Assembly: GCA_041288095.1 (NCBI GenBank)
Contig: JBGGMJ010000188.1
Coordinates: 64,001 to 128,000, forward strand
Source of the DNA: Myxococcota bacterium
GTDB lineage: Bacteria > Myxococcota > XYA12-FULL-58-9 > JALHOP01
Length of the DNA stretch: 64,000 nucleotides
Direction: 5' to 3'
Positions 9,654-19,504 of this stretch are shown piece after piece (within the stretch, counting starts at the first letter, position 1; each line of letters starts with the position of its first letter). Made by a program: the position numbers and the translations under genes. The notes below the pieces were generated by a model. It made no database searches. It saw only the letters and a list, made by a program, of their open reading frames with translations, and had not been told where the DNA came from.

Positions 9654-12113
9654 TCAGGGCAACGACGGCAGTTGCGTCGAGCTCCCGTCCGGTCCGACGG
9701 CAATGAGACGAATCTCTCGATCCGTCGATCCGACCGGCGGCGTGACGTAGCCCGCCGCGACCAGCAGCACGGATTGACCAGCAGCTCCGGTCAGATCCAG
9801 GCTACCTCGAGCGGGTGGCGCGAAGGCATTGCGCTCGGCGTCGGCGGCCTCAACGCCGTATGGCGCCGGCACCAGGTTGAAGGTGATGACGCTGAAGGCC
9901 CCGAAATCGACACCGAGGCCGAAGGTCGTATCGTCGACTTCGCTGGACGAGTCGGCGCCCTCGTTCTCGAAAGCGAGCGTCGCGTTGGAAACCGCATTGA
10001 ACAAGCGCAGGTCGGCGAACGACGCCGACACGCCGGTCTCTTGGCCTGCAGTCGCGGTGAGCCCGACCTCAGCGAGCGTACCTCCGTAGGCGACGATATG
10101 GTGCGGGACGCCGAGCGCGAAGTTGGGATTGGTGAGCGTCGCGAGCACTGGCGTCGCTCCTGGAAGTGCCTCGCCGAATACTGCTCCGGTCGCCGCCGGT
10201 AAAAGCGCCAGAGTTACGTTGCTGCCCCCGGGAACGCCCGCCATCGGTGTCGCCGCAGTGTAGGCCAGGTCGTTCACGGCAAGGAAGCCGTTGACATAGA
10301 CGTCGACATTGGCGCCCTCGGCAAGGCCGGCGGCGTGGACCACCTGCCCGCGCGCTGCTTGCTCGGCGAATGCGAACGAGCCACCTGTCGGAGGGATGAG
10401 CGCAAACCCGATCGCGGCGGGCTCGCTTGCATCACCCGTAGCGAACAAGAGCCAAGCGCCGCCCGCTGACAATGATGTGTAGAATCCGGCCGCGCTCGTT
10501 TGGATGGAGCCCAGTCTGTCTCCACCGCTCGTCATGTCGAGAGGCAGCTTCGTCGGTGGCAGGTCCACGTAGCCGGATGACGCGCCGTACGCGGTCGCGG
10601 AGAAGAGGGCCGTTCCAAAGCTCGATGCGGCGAAGGGCAATGACGCTGGGATACCGTTGAACAGAGCAACGCTCGCGACCGTGCTCGAGGTCGCGGTCGT
10701 GCGGGCGTCCGCGATGACATGCAATGCGAGGGCGTCATCGGCGGTGGTGGGCGCGCTGCCCAGGCCGTCCAGCACGACGACGGATGCCGTGGTGAGGGTT
10801 GCTTCGGTAGCGATGAGTGGTGTTGCCGTGGCTGGATCGTCGCCGGCCGCGAAGACTCGCATCAGAGCGTCGCCGCCTGGCGCGGCGACGAATGCCGTCG
10901 CCGCGCGGTAGTCCAACCCCTCGGCGACTAGAGCTTCACCAATGTAAGCGTCGACCGCGGCCACGTCACGCGCGTTGTGCACGAACTGCAGTCGTGTACC
11001 GCTATCGAGGACATACAGCGGTCCGCCCGTGGGCAGTGCCGCCACTACCGCCAAGGATGGCCCACCGTTGTTGGCGACGGTGTCGAAAAAGCCGGAGGTG
11101 AGCACGATGAGAGCCGTGCCCGCGGGGACGCCATTCGGTGCCGCGATCGGCGATGCGCCTGCGCTGGTCTGCAAGCTGAGCGGAGGTGTCAGTACGCTGG
11201 AGCCGACACTCAGGAGCGAGACGCCGCGAGCCAGAGCTTGGTACGGCGTTAGGGTGCCGTAGGCGATGCCGGGAATCGCCGTTCCACCGACAGTCGCGGT
11301 GACGGTGCCGACGTCGGGAGCTCCGTTGTAGACGGCGAGGTTGTATTGATTCGCCGGCAGGCCGTCGTCGGCACTGCTCCGTACGCCGGCGATGGTGTCG
11401 AGCGCGAGCGCCGGAATGCCTGGGGCAAAGTCGCTGGTGTCCACGACGCCGCCGACGATGACGGCGATACGGTCACCTGTCCCGATCGTGAACGTCGTTG
11501 TTGCGGCCGGTGTTACCGGTGTCGCGTCGGTCGAGCTCGACTCCGCGATCACGACTGTGACTTCGGTGCCCGATTCGAAAGGAATGAATGGGGAAGCGGT
11601 GCGAAACGCCGCGTTGTCCACGATGAGCTCGCCGTTGACGTAAACGTCCACGGTCGTAAGTGCCGGGTCGGGAGCGTTGTGAATGAGCTGCAAAGCACCA
11701 CCGTCGATGCACTCGTCGTCGATGAGCACTTGGCCATCGGCGCACGGCTCGAAGGCGAGGACGCACACGCGACCCTGTTGGACCGTACCGGGGCCGCAGA
11801 TGACCTCGGTCGTTGGGACACAGGCGTTTGCTGTTTCGTCGAAGCTGGTGCCCGAGCCGCAGAGCGAGCCCGACGGCACGCATTCGCGCGTGACAGGATC
11901 GAGAGCGGTGAACGGTCCGCAACCCGTACGGCTTGCGACGCAGATGTTGCCGTCCGTCAGCGTCGTGCCCGGCCCGCATTCGGCCGGAATCAACACGCAC
12001 TCGCCGTTATTTTCGACCGTGCCGGCGCCGCAGTCATCACCGCAGCTTGCGAGCTCGCTGGCCGCGATGGTCAGACCGAGGCAAGCCACGAAGTAATGCC
12101 TTTTAGAAGCCAT
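9654..12113 (-). CDS. Surface lipoprotein with Cys-rich tandem repeats and repeated DUF4397-like domains
   Basis: Lipobox-like LASC; six CGxGT...CV repeats; three IH/VH-N/A-A...VDVYVNG units. Confidence 0.8.
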   Translation of the reverse strand: MASKRHYFVACLGLTIAASELASCGDDCGAGTVENNGECVLIPAECGPGTTLTDGNICVASRTGCGPFTALDPVTRECVPSGSLCGSGTSFDETANACVPTTEVICGPGTVQQGRVCVLAFEPCADGQVLIDDECIDGGALQLIHNAPDPALTTVDVYVNGELIVDNAAFRTASPFIPFESGTEVTVVIAESSSTDATPVTPAATTTFTIGTGDRIAVIVGGVVDTSDFAPGIPALALDTIAGVRSSADDGLPANQYNLAVYNGAPDVGTVTATVGGTAIPGIAYGTLTPYQALARGVSLLSVGSSVLTPPLSLQTSAGASPIAAPNGVPAGTALIVLTSGFFDTVANNGGPSLAVVAALPTGGPLYVLDSGTRLQFVHNARDVAAVDAYIGEALVAEGLDYRAATAFVAAPGGDALMRVFAAGDDPATATPLIATEATLTTASVVVLDGLGSAPTTADDALALHVIADARTTATSSTVASVALFNGIPASLPFAASSFGTALFSATAYGASSGYVDLPPTKLPLDMTSGGDRLGSIQTSAAGFYTSLSAGGAWLLFATGDASEPAAIGFALIPPTGGSFAFAEQAARGQVVHAAGLAEGANVDVYVNGFLAVNDLAYTAATPMAGVPGGSNVTLALLPAATGAVFGEALPGATPVLATLTNPNFALGVPHHIVAYGGTLAEVGLTATAGQETGVSASFADLRLFNAVSNATLAFENEGADSSSEVDDTTFGLGVDFGAFSVITFNLVPAPYGVEAADAERNAFAPPARGSLDLTGAAGQSVLLVAAGYVTPPVGSTDREIRLIAVGPDGSSTQLPSLP

Positions 12114-12185
12114 GTCATCGCCCCCGATTTTGTGCCCTGGGAATACCCCGCTTCGGCGGCGATCTCCAGAAACCCACCCCTTGCG

Positions 12186-13544
12186 TCAAGCGCTAGGGAT
12201 GCGGACCGTGAACGAGCTGCCCTCGCCGACCGTGCTCGTTGCCTCGAGCTTTCCGTCATGGGCTTCGACAATGCGGCGAGCGAGAGCGAGCCCGAGGCCG
12301 AAGCCCCCGGTAACGCGAGAGCGACTTCGGTCGCCCCGGAAGAACGGCGTGAACAGGTGATCCATGTCTTCCTTGGGGATGCCCGCACCCCGGTCCTCGA
12401 CGACGACGACCGCCGCGTCGTTGATGCGCGCGAGCGTCATCCGCACCGGTGTGTCCGCCTCTGAATACTTCGCCGCGTTGTCGAGGAGGTTGTCGATGGC
12501 CCGACGCAAAAGGACCCGGTCGGCGGCGAGCCGAGGCGCATCGTGCCCGATGTCGAGGTCGAGCTTACGCTGCGGATGCGCGGTCGAGAACCTAGTCGCC
12601 GCCTCACGAACGACCTCGTCACTAGCCACATCCTCGATCCGCAACGGCGGCAATCCGCTATCGCGCCCATCCGCGAGCTCGAACCGCGCCGTCGTCAGCA
12701 CATCCTCCACCAGCCGCTCGAGCTCCGTGATGTCCGTCGCGACTTCGCCCATGTAGCGCTTCGCCGCCGCCGAGTCCCCCTCGGCCGCGAGCTCCAGCGC
12801 TACCCGCATTCGCGCCAGCGGCGTTCGCAGCTCGTGCGAGACGTTCGCGAGCAGCTCCTTCTCGTTGCGCAGGAGCTTCTCGATTCGATCCGCCATCTCG
12901 TCGAACGCGCGCGCCAGGTCGCCGATGTCGTCGCGGCGGGTTATGCCGGTGCGGGAGCGGAAGTCGCCGCTACCGAGGCGTTGGGCGGCCGCGATGAGGC
13001 TGTCGATGGGGTTGGCGATGCGACGGGCCAGGGGCAGCGAGACGATGGTGAGGATCGCGAGCATCACCAGGATGATGGTGAGGATGCGCCGCCAGCGGTC
13101 CTCGTCATGTGACCAGGGCGGCTTCCACACCAGGACGGCGTAGCTGCGCGATAGCGTCATGGCGCCGATGGCGTCGGGCTTTTTTGGCAGCTGGAAGCCG
13201 GCGGTCTTGTCGAGGGCCGCGTGGCGTTCGGCGCTCCAGGGGAGGGGCGGCTCGCAGTTGCTGGCGATGAGCGCGTCGTTGACGTCGTAGACGGTGGCGT
13301 CGACCGGCAGCGAATCGAGGAGAACCTTCACGCGCGAGGGGTCGCGCGGCATCTCGGCCACCAGGTGATCGAGGCGCTCGGCGAGTAGGGTGATGCTGCG
13401 GCGGTGGCGCGGGTGCGAGTCGATGGGGCGGATGACCTGGCCGACGGCGACGACCGCGACCGACGTGAGCACGAGCAAGCCGATGCCGTGCAGGTAGATG
13501 CGCCAGAACAGACGGCTGCCCGCGGGCCTGACGCTGTTCTTCAC
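12186..13544 (-). CDS. HAMP-domain sensor histidine kinase
   Basis: Two TM helices, HAMP domain, SHELRTPL H-box, NLLDNAAKY, DRGAG and GFGLGL. Confidence 0.95.
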   Translation of the reverse strand: MKNSVRPAGSRLFWRIYLHGIGLLVLTSVAVVAVGQVIRPIDSHPRHRRSITLLAERLDHLVAEMPRDPSRVKVLLDSLPVDATVYDVNDALIASNCEPPLPWSAERHAALDKTAGFQLPKKPDAIGAMTLSRSYAVLVWKPPWSHDEDRWRRILTIILVMLAILTIVSLPLARRIANPIDSLIAAAQRLGSGDFRSRTGITRRDDIGDLARAFDEMADRIEKLLRNEKELLANVSHELRTPLARMRVALELAAEGDSAAAKRYMGEVATDITELERLVEDVLTTARFELADGRDSGLPPLRIEDVASDEVVREAATRFSTAHPQRKLDLDIGHDAPRLAADRVLLRRAIDNLLDNAAKYSEADTPVRMTLARINDAAVVVVEDRGAGIPKEDMDHLFTPFFRGDRSRSRVTGGFGLGLALARRIVEAHDGKLEATSTVGEGSSFTVRIPSA

Positions 13545-14242
13545 TCGTCGCTCGCCGCCAAAACGTAGCCCGCTCCACGCACGGTCTTGATGAGCTTGTC
13601 GCCGTCAGCGACGGCGGCGAGCTTCTGGCGCAGCCGCGAGATGTGCACGTCGATGGAGCGGTCGAAGGCCTCCTCGGCGGTGCCTTTGGCTAGCTCCATC
13701 ATTTGCTCGCGCGACAGGACCCGGCCGGCGCGCTCGGCGAGCACCCGCAACAACGTGAACTCGTAAGCGGTGAGCGGCAGCTCCTGGTCGCGATAGGTGG
13801 CGATGCGTCGCGTCGGATCGACCAGCAGTCCGCCAGCGCGGACGGTCCGGGTCGGCGGCCCAGCACGGCCGCGGGTGCGCCGCAGAATCGCGTGGATGCG
13901 GGCGAGGAGCTCGCGCGGCGAGAACGGCTTCGCCAAATAATCGTCGGCGCCGAGCTCGAGACCCAGCACGCGATCGGCTTCTTCACCCCGCGCCGTCAAC
14001 ATGATGATGGGCACGTCGCTCTCGGTGCGCAGGGCGCGGCAAACATCCACGCCCGAGAGCTTGGGCAACATGAGGTCGAGCAAGATGACGTCGTACCGCA
14101 GCTTGCGAGCTTCATCGAGACCGGCCTGGCCGTCCGCCTTGTGCGTCACGCTGACGTCGTGCTGTTGCAGGTAGTCCGCCGTGAGCCGCGCCAAGCGCGC
14201 ATCGTCTTCGATGAGCAGGGCGGTGGTCGTCTGCGCCGTCAT
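13541..14242 (-). CDS. OmpR/CpxR-family response regulator
   Basis: LIEDD, DLMLP, GADDYLAKPF and winged-helix RSIDVHISRLR/TVRGAGY; start trimmed to MTAQ. Confidence 0.95.
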   Translation of the reverse strand: MTAQTTTALLIEDDARLARLTADYLQQHDVSVTHKADGQAGLDEARKLRYDVILLDLMLPKLSGVDVCRALRTESDVPIIMLTARGEEADRVLGLELGADDYLAKPFSPRELLARIHAILRRTRGRAGPPTRTVRAGGLLVDPTRRIATYRDQELPLTAYEFTLLRVLAERAGRVLSREQMMELAKGTAEEAFDRSIDVHISRLRQKLAAVADGDKLIKTVRGAGYVLAASDE

Positions 14243-14303
14243 GGGCTCCCCGAGCGACGTCACGCCGCCGCCTCCGGGGAGCCTATCGCACGTCCTGGCT
14301 CCA

Positions 14304-14771
14304 TTAGAAGCGGCCGAAGTGACCGTGATGCTCGCGCACCCGCTCGGCGAGCTCCTTGCGCTGCTCGGGGGTGAGCTGCGCATGGATGCCCCTGGCCGCG
14401 GTCACGGCTTCGTGCGCCAAAGCGGTCATGCGTTGCGCGCGCTCGTCGATCAGACGATCGATCTCGCGCGTGTCCGGATTGTTGCTCTCGATGGCCGCTG
14501 CCACTGCGTCGGCGAGCTGCTTGCGCTCGCCCTTCGCGTGTTCGGCCTGCACCTTCGCCACCAAGCCGTCGACGATGGCGAGGATCTGGGAACGCTGCGT
14601 GTCGGTCGCGTCGATGTCGTCGAGGGTTTCGTTGACTCTAAAGTCGACGAATTTCTTCATGCGCTCGGGGTTCTTGCCGTGGCGCGGGCCACGCGCGAAG
14701 GCGCTCCCGAGCCCAATGACCAACGCGCAAGGCACCAGAACGTAAAGGGCGTAACGGAGAACAGGCTTCAT
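14304..14771 (-). CDS. Spy/CpxP-family periplasmic protein
   Basis: Signal peptide; ATDTQ and LTPEQR (LTxxQ) motifs; upstream of the RR/HK pair. Confidence 0.85.
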   Translation of the reverse strand: MKPVLRYALYVLVPCALVIGLGSAFARGPRHGKNPERMKKFVDFRVNETLDDIDATDTQRSQILAIVDGLVAKVQAEHAKGERKQLADAVAAAIESNNPDTREIDRLIDERAQRMTALAHEAVTAARGIHAQLTPEQRKELAERVREHHGHFGRF

Positions 14772-14891
14772 GGGGTGATGGCTCCAACGCGCGCTCGCGG
14801 CTGTGGATCACCACGTTCGCGCCCTACCACCATGGGCAGTCGCCATTACGTCGCCATGTCCTGATCTTTAAGAAATGTGACCGGCGAGGGT

Positions 14892-15275
14892 TTAGCCTCG
14901 GTGGCCAATCACCTTGCCGCCGCTCACGACCTCACCTTTGCGGGTGATGCCGTCGATGACGACGAAGCCATCCTCGACGATGACGGGACCGTTGCCGAAG
15001 TCGACGCGCGCGTTCTCGAGGAGCTTCCCCTCCTGGACGGCGACGAAGCGCTGGCCGACCTGGAAAACGCCGTGCACGTCCTTGGGGATCGGCTTCCGGG
15101 CCACCTTGTACTGCTCGTACCAGAGGGGCGGCGCGACCGCGTCGGGCTTCGCTGCCGGGCCGGAGTGTGGCTTCGGGCGGACGACCTTCCAACCGGGGAG
15201 GGCCTTCTGGGCAATGCGCTCGGCTTCGGTGAGCTTCTCGGGGGTCGGCGCCGGCTTGCGAGTGATGCGGGTCAT
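14892..15275 (-). CDS. Hypothetical protein (127 aa)
   Basis: SD CAGGAG before ATG at 15275; coding-like composition. Confidence 0.6.
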   Translation of the reverse strand: MTRITRKPAPTPEKLTEAERIAQKALPGWKVVRPKPHSGPAAKPDAVAPPLWYEQYKVARKPIPKDVHGVFQVGQRFVAVQEGKLLENARVDFGNGPVIVEDGFVVIDGITRKGEVVSGGKVIGHRG

Positions 15276-15434
15276 GACGGTCTCCTGCAGGCGGAGGGTG
15301 TCGGCAGCCGCGGAAGCGCGATGCGAGAAACGGCGGTGCCACGGTTGTCGCGTCGACCCGCGGCAGCCAACCGCCAGCAACAACGAGGCTTTTCTCGCGA
15401 TAAGCCCCTTTGTCGCTGGAGGAAGTCGTTTCGC

Positions 15435-16595
15435 GTGTCGTTTTCCGTGTTTGGGTTGCATCCCGGTATCGTCGCCGCCGTCGAGCGGCAGGGTTACACG
15501 GTCCCCACCCCCATCCAGACGGCCGCCATTCCGCTCATCTCCTCGGGGCGTGATCTCCTGGGCTGCGCCGCGACCGGCACCGGCAAGACCGCTGCTTTCG
15601 CGCTGCCCATCATCAATCGCCTGGTCCAGGACCCGAAGCGCCGGCGCCTGCCGCGGGCCCTGGTGCTGGTGCCGACCCGTGAGCTCGCGCTGCAGATCGC
15701 CGAGAGCTTCGACGCGTACTCGAACGGCAACGTGCGCTGCGCCGTGCTCATCGGTGGCGTCGGCGCCAATCACCAGGTGGCGTCCTTGCGCAACGGCTGC
15801 GAGGTCATCGTCGCGGCACCCGGCCGCATGCTCGATCTCATGGAGCAGGGCGCCGTCGATCTGCGGGTTATCGGCGTGCTGGTGCTCGATGAGGCCGATC
15901 GCATGCTCGATATGGGGTTCATTCGGCCGCTAAAGCGGATCATCGCCGCGCTGCCCCGAGAGCGTCAGAGCCTCCTCTTCTCGGCGACCATGCCCGAGGA
16001 CATCCGCAAGCTCGCCTCCGGCCTCCTGCGCGATCCTGCGAACATCGCCGTCAACCGCGTAGCCGAGCCCGCAAAGACCGTCGACCAGCGGGTCTATCAC
16101 GTGCCGCAGCACGACAAGTCGCAGCTCTTGAAGAGCCTCTTCAGCTCCGAGAACATGACCCGCGCCATCGTCTTTACGCGTACCAAACATGGTGCCAACC
16201 GCCTGGGCCGCCGCCTCGAGCAGGCCGGCATCGCCAACGGCGTCATTCATGGCAACAAGTCCCAGAATGCGCGCGTCCAAGCACTCGATGCCTTCCGTCG
16301 TGGCTGCGTGCCCATGCTCATCGCCACCGATGTCGCGGCGCGCGGCATCGACGTCGACGGTATCTCGCACGTCGTGAACTTCGACCTTCCCAACGAGCCC
16401 GAGAGTTACGTCCACCGCATTGGCCGCACGGGTCGGGCGGGTGCGGCCGGATCCGCTATAGCGTTCTGCGATCCGAGTGAGCGCGACTTCCTGCGTCAGA
16501 TCGAGCACCTGACCCGGGCCCCGTTGAAGGTCGTGGGCGAACGCCCACCCGAGACCGTAGCTCCGGGAAGAAAACGCTCAGCGGGTCGGCGTTAG
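15435..16595 (+). CDS. rhlE: DEAD-box RNA helicase, RhlE-like
   Basis: GGAGG SD before GTG; Q motif, TGTGKT, PTRELA, DEAD, SAT and HRIGRTGR. Confidence 0.92.
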   Translation: MSFSVFGLHPGIVAAVERQGYTVPTPIQTAAIPLISSGRDLLGCAATGTGKTAAFALPIINRLVQDPKRRRLPRALVLVPTRELALQIAESFDAYSNGNVRCAVLIGGVGANHQVASLRNGCEVIVAAPGRMLDLMEQGAVDLRVIGVLVLDEADRMLDMGFIRPLKRIIAALPRERQSLLFSATMPEDIRKLASGLLRDPANIAVNRVAEPAKTVDQRVYHVPQHDKSQLLKSLFSSENMTRAIVFTRTKHGANRLGRRLEQAGIANGVIHGNKSQNARVQALDAFRRGCVPMLIATDVAARGIDVDGISHVVNFDLPNEPESYVHRIGRTGRAGAAGSAIAFCDPSERDFLRQIEHLTRAPLKVVGERPPETVAPGRKRSAGRR

Positions 16596-16839
16596 CGACC
16601 GTTTTACTTCTCAAGCCCTCCATCCCCCACGCCGACGGCCAATGTCTCGGGTGCGCGTGTATGTAGGCAGAGCGGTACCCATGAAGGCTTTTGCGCCCCC
16701 GAAGATCCTTCCGAGGCTTGAATTTCGCATGCGAGCGGAGTTTTCGCCTTGTACCATTCTGAGTGTCGGGCCCCTGGAGGCGAGCTTCGTACCCGCGAAG
16801 CGATCACCTCCCTCGACGGAAGGTTGGTTCAGGAAGGGT

Positions 16840-17574
16840 ATGCGCGTGTTGTCCGTTTTCGCGCTCGGGTTCGTGGCCGCTGCCTGCGCTTCGAACAGCT
16901 CCATCGCCCCCGATATCACCGTTTCCAAGCAGCGCGCCGACGGTCCGCTGGTCGCGTCGATGCAGCCGGTCTCGGCCGAAGTCTCCGATGCCCCAGTCAC
17001 CGAGGGTGACGCCGACGAGTCCGCCGGCGGGCTCCTCGAGCGAGCCTTCGCGCAGTTCAATCGCGACCAGTATGCTTCGTCCGCTAAAACGTTCTGGCGG
17101 TCGATCGGCACCAACAACCTCAACGAAGCCGGCCGCGCGCTCGCCTACTGGCACATCTACCTCGCCGAGAAGCGGATGAATCACGAAGACAAGAGCACCG
17201 AAGCGCTGGCGAGCTTCACCACGGTGGCGCAAGAGCTCATGGAGAGCCGCGGCTCGTCGGGTGACTTCATCGAGCGCTTCAGCCTCGACGCGCGCCTCTC
17301 GCGGGCGCGGGCCATCCTCTCGGCGACCTGGGCCAAGCGCGTTCCCGGCTACGGCCGCACCGCCGGTGAAGCGGTGCCGGTGTTCGACCAAATCGAAGCC
17401 GACTACTTCGCGGAGATCGCGCCGCCGTGCGCCAGCGCCAAGCGCCGCCAGACCGACAAGCGCACCATGGCTGGTCGCGCCGGCAACGAGCTCCAGCGGG
17501 TGACCATCTACTGCGAAGGTCAGCGAAACGGCACCGACTACTATCTGGAGATTGTGAAGAACACGGTGGAGTAG
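16840..17574 (+). CDS. Hypothetical lipoprotein
   Basis: AGGAAGG SD; MRVLSVFALGFVAAAC lipobox. Confidence 0.75.
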   Translation: MRVLSVFALGFVAAACASNSSIAPDITVSKQRADGPLVASMQPVSAEVSDAPVTEGDADESAGGLLERAFAQFNRDQYASSAKTFWRSIGTNNLNEAGRALAYWHIYLAEKRMNHEDKSTEALASFTTVAQELMESRGSSGDFIERFSLDARLSRARAILSATWAKRVPGYGRTAGEAVPVFDQIEADYFAEIAPPCASAKRRQTDKRTMAGRAGNELQRVTIYCEGQRNGTDYYLEIVKNTVE

Positions 17575-17589
17575 GCATACCTCCGCGGT

Positions 17590-19029
17590 ATGCCCGTCCC
17601 TGCTTCTCGCATTCGCGCCGTCAACGACGCGCCGGTTCGCCCGGACCGCGACTTCGTCCTCCATTGGATGACCGGCGTGCGCCGCATCGACGGCAACTTC
17701 GCGATCGACCGCGCCGTCGAGCACGCCAAGGCCTTGAACAAGCCGCTCCTCGTCTTCGAGGCCCTGCGCGCCGGTTACAAGTGGGCAAGCGACCGGCTGC
17801 ACGCCTTCGCCATCGCTGGGATGCGCGACAACGCCGCCCGCCTCGAGGGCACCGGCGTCGGTTATTACTGCTACCTCGAAGCCAAGCACGGCCACGCGCG
17901 GGGGCTCCTCGAACAGCTCGCGGGCCACGCCTGCGTGATCACCACCGATGACGTGCCGACGTTTTTCCTGCCCGCGATGGTGCAGGCCGCCGGCGCGAAG
18001 ATCGACGTCCGCCTCGAAGCCATCGACGGCAACGGGCTCTTGCCGCTGCGTGCCACCAGCAAGGTGTTCGAGCGCGCCCAGGATTTCCGCCGCTACATGC
18101 AGAAGACCGTGGTGGCCGAGCTCGAGCACACGCCGCGGGTGAATCCGCTAAAAGACACAGAGCTGCCCGCGTTCAAGCATCTACCGAAGGACATCGCCGC
18201 CAAGTGGCCGCACGGCTGTGACTTGCCGCTGGAGCGGATGGCCATCGACCACGACGTGCCCGTGGCGCGGCTCGAAGGTGGCTCGGTCCAGGGTCTCGCC
18301 ACCGCCAAGCAATTCATCGCCAAAAAGCTCGGCAACTACGGGGAAGGCCGCAATCACCCCGACGAGGGTGCCGCGAGCGGGTTGTCGCCGTATCTGCACT
18401 GGGGCTTCGTGGGGGTGCATCAGATCTTCGCCTTACTCGCCGACCGCGAAGAGTGGACCCCCGCGAAGGTCGGAAAGGCCAACGGCAAGCGCGCCGGCTT
18501 CTGGAACATGAGTGAAAATGCCGAGTCGTTCCTCGACGAGCTCATCACCTGGCGCGAGGTCGGCTACAACTCCGCAGCCCTGCGAGTCGACCCCGAGAGC
18601 TACGACTCGCTACCTGCATGGGCGAAGACGACGCTCGCCAAGCACGCCAGCGATAAACGCGAGCACAGCTACGACCTCGAAACTCTCGAGTCCGCTAAAA
18701 CGTATGATGAAGTTTGGAATGCCGCACAGAACGAGCTCCTGCGCGAAGGCCGCATGCACAATTATCTGCGCATGTTGTGGGGCAAGAAGATCCTCGAATG
18801 GTCGGAAACACCGCGGCAGGCGCTCGAGACGCTGCTGCACTTGAACAACAAGTACGCGCTCGACGGACGCAACCCCAACTCGACGAGCGGCATCTTCTGG
18901 GTGTTCGGCCGCTATGACAGACCGTGGGGCCCGGAGCGCAAGATTTTCGGCACGGTGCGCTACATGACCAGCCAGAGCACGCTGCGCAAGCTCCGCATGC
19001 GCGACTACATGGCGAAGTACGGCCGCTGA
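17590..19029 (+). CDS. phr: Deoxyribodipyrimidine photolyase (class II CPD type)
   Basis: SGLSPYLHWG, WNAAQ, MHNYLRMLWGKK, NNKYALDGRNPN and IFGTVRYM. Confidence 0.92.
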   Translation: MPVPASRIRAVNDAPVRPDRDFVLHWMTGVRRIDGNFAIDRAVEHAKALNKPLLVFEALRAGYKWASDRLHAFAIAGMRDNAARLEGTGVGYYCYLEAKHGHARGLLEQLAGHACVITTDDVPTFFLPAMVQAAGAKIDVRLEAIDGNGLLPLRATSKVFERAQDFRRYMQKTVVAELEHTPRVNPLKDTELPAFKHLPKDIAAKWPHGCDLPLERMAIDHDVPVARLEGGSVQGLATAKQFIAKKLGNYGEGRNHPDEGAASGLSPYLHWGFVGVHQIFALLADREEWTPAKVGKANGKRAGFWNMSENAESFLDELITWREVGYNSAALRVDPESYDSLPAWAKTTLAKHASDKREHSYDLETLESAKTYDEVWNAAQNELLREGRMHNYLRMLWGKKILEWSETPRQALETLLHLNNKYALDGRNPNSTSGIFWVFGRYDRPWGPERKIFGTVRYMTSQSTLRKLRMRDYMAKYGR

Positions 19030-19099
19030 CGAGCTACTCGGGACGCCCCACGTGAGGGGGCGCCCGCGAGCAGCCTCGCCGGCGGTAATACTACCGGCG

Positions 19100-19279
19100 T
19101 CACAATACGGATCGTTTACCGCCCCGCATCATGCCCGAGACCAGCGAGACGATCGCCAGCGCCAGGAAGACGAAGAACAGGATCTTGGCGATCCCCGCGG
19201 CGCCTGCCGCGATGCTACCGAAGCCGAAGAACGCCGCCACGAGCGCGACGATGAAAAAAGCGATTGCGTAACCCAACAT
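19100..19279 (-). CDS. DUF1328 / UPF0391 (YtjA-like) small membrane protein
   Basis: [39 protein letters not shown]. Confidence 0.9.
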   Translation of the reverse strand: MLGYAIAFFIVALVAAFFGFGSIAAGAAGIAKILFFVFLALAIVSLVSGMMRGGKRSVL

Positions 19280-19345
19280 CGCTATTACCCCCGTTGAAGT
19301 GGTGGCACCGGCCCGAGCTGGCACCGATTCCTTGACCCCATCCTG

Positions 19346-19362
19346 TGCAGCACATGTGCCAA
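19346..19362 (-). promoter_or_regulatory. Sigma54 (-24/-12) promoter upstream of the DUF1328 gene
   Basis: TTGGCACATGTGCTGCA = GG-N10-GC, near consensus. Confidence 0.65.
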
Positions 19363-19504
19363 AGGGTGAGAAACACCCAGGAACGGGCGAATCAGTGAGG
19401 CGGCGCCACGGCGCGTGCCCCATCCGACCCCAAAGCGCCCCACGCAGGCGACCGCCAAGGGTCGGGGTTCCACACGAAGCGGCGTCGTGCTACGCCAAAG
19501 CCCG

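Noticed and set aside
14877..15434. Long N-terminal extensions in the ORF track (helicase from 14877; also 5668, 14383, 22210, 29932, 55359)
   Set aside because: Better starts with an SD or stop/start overlap lie downstream, and the extensions overlap other genes
19035..19078. Imperfect GC hairpin between phr and the DUF1328 gene
   Set aside because: Probably an ordinary terminator between convergent genes; no U tract, weak support
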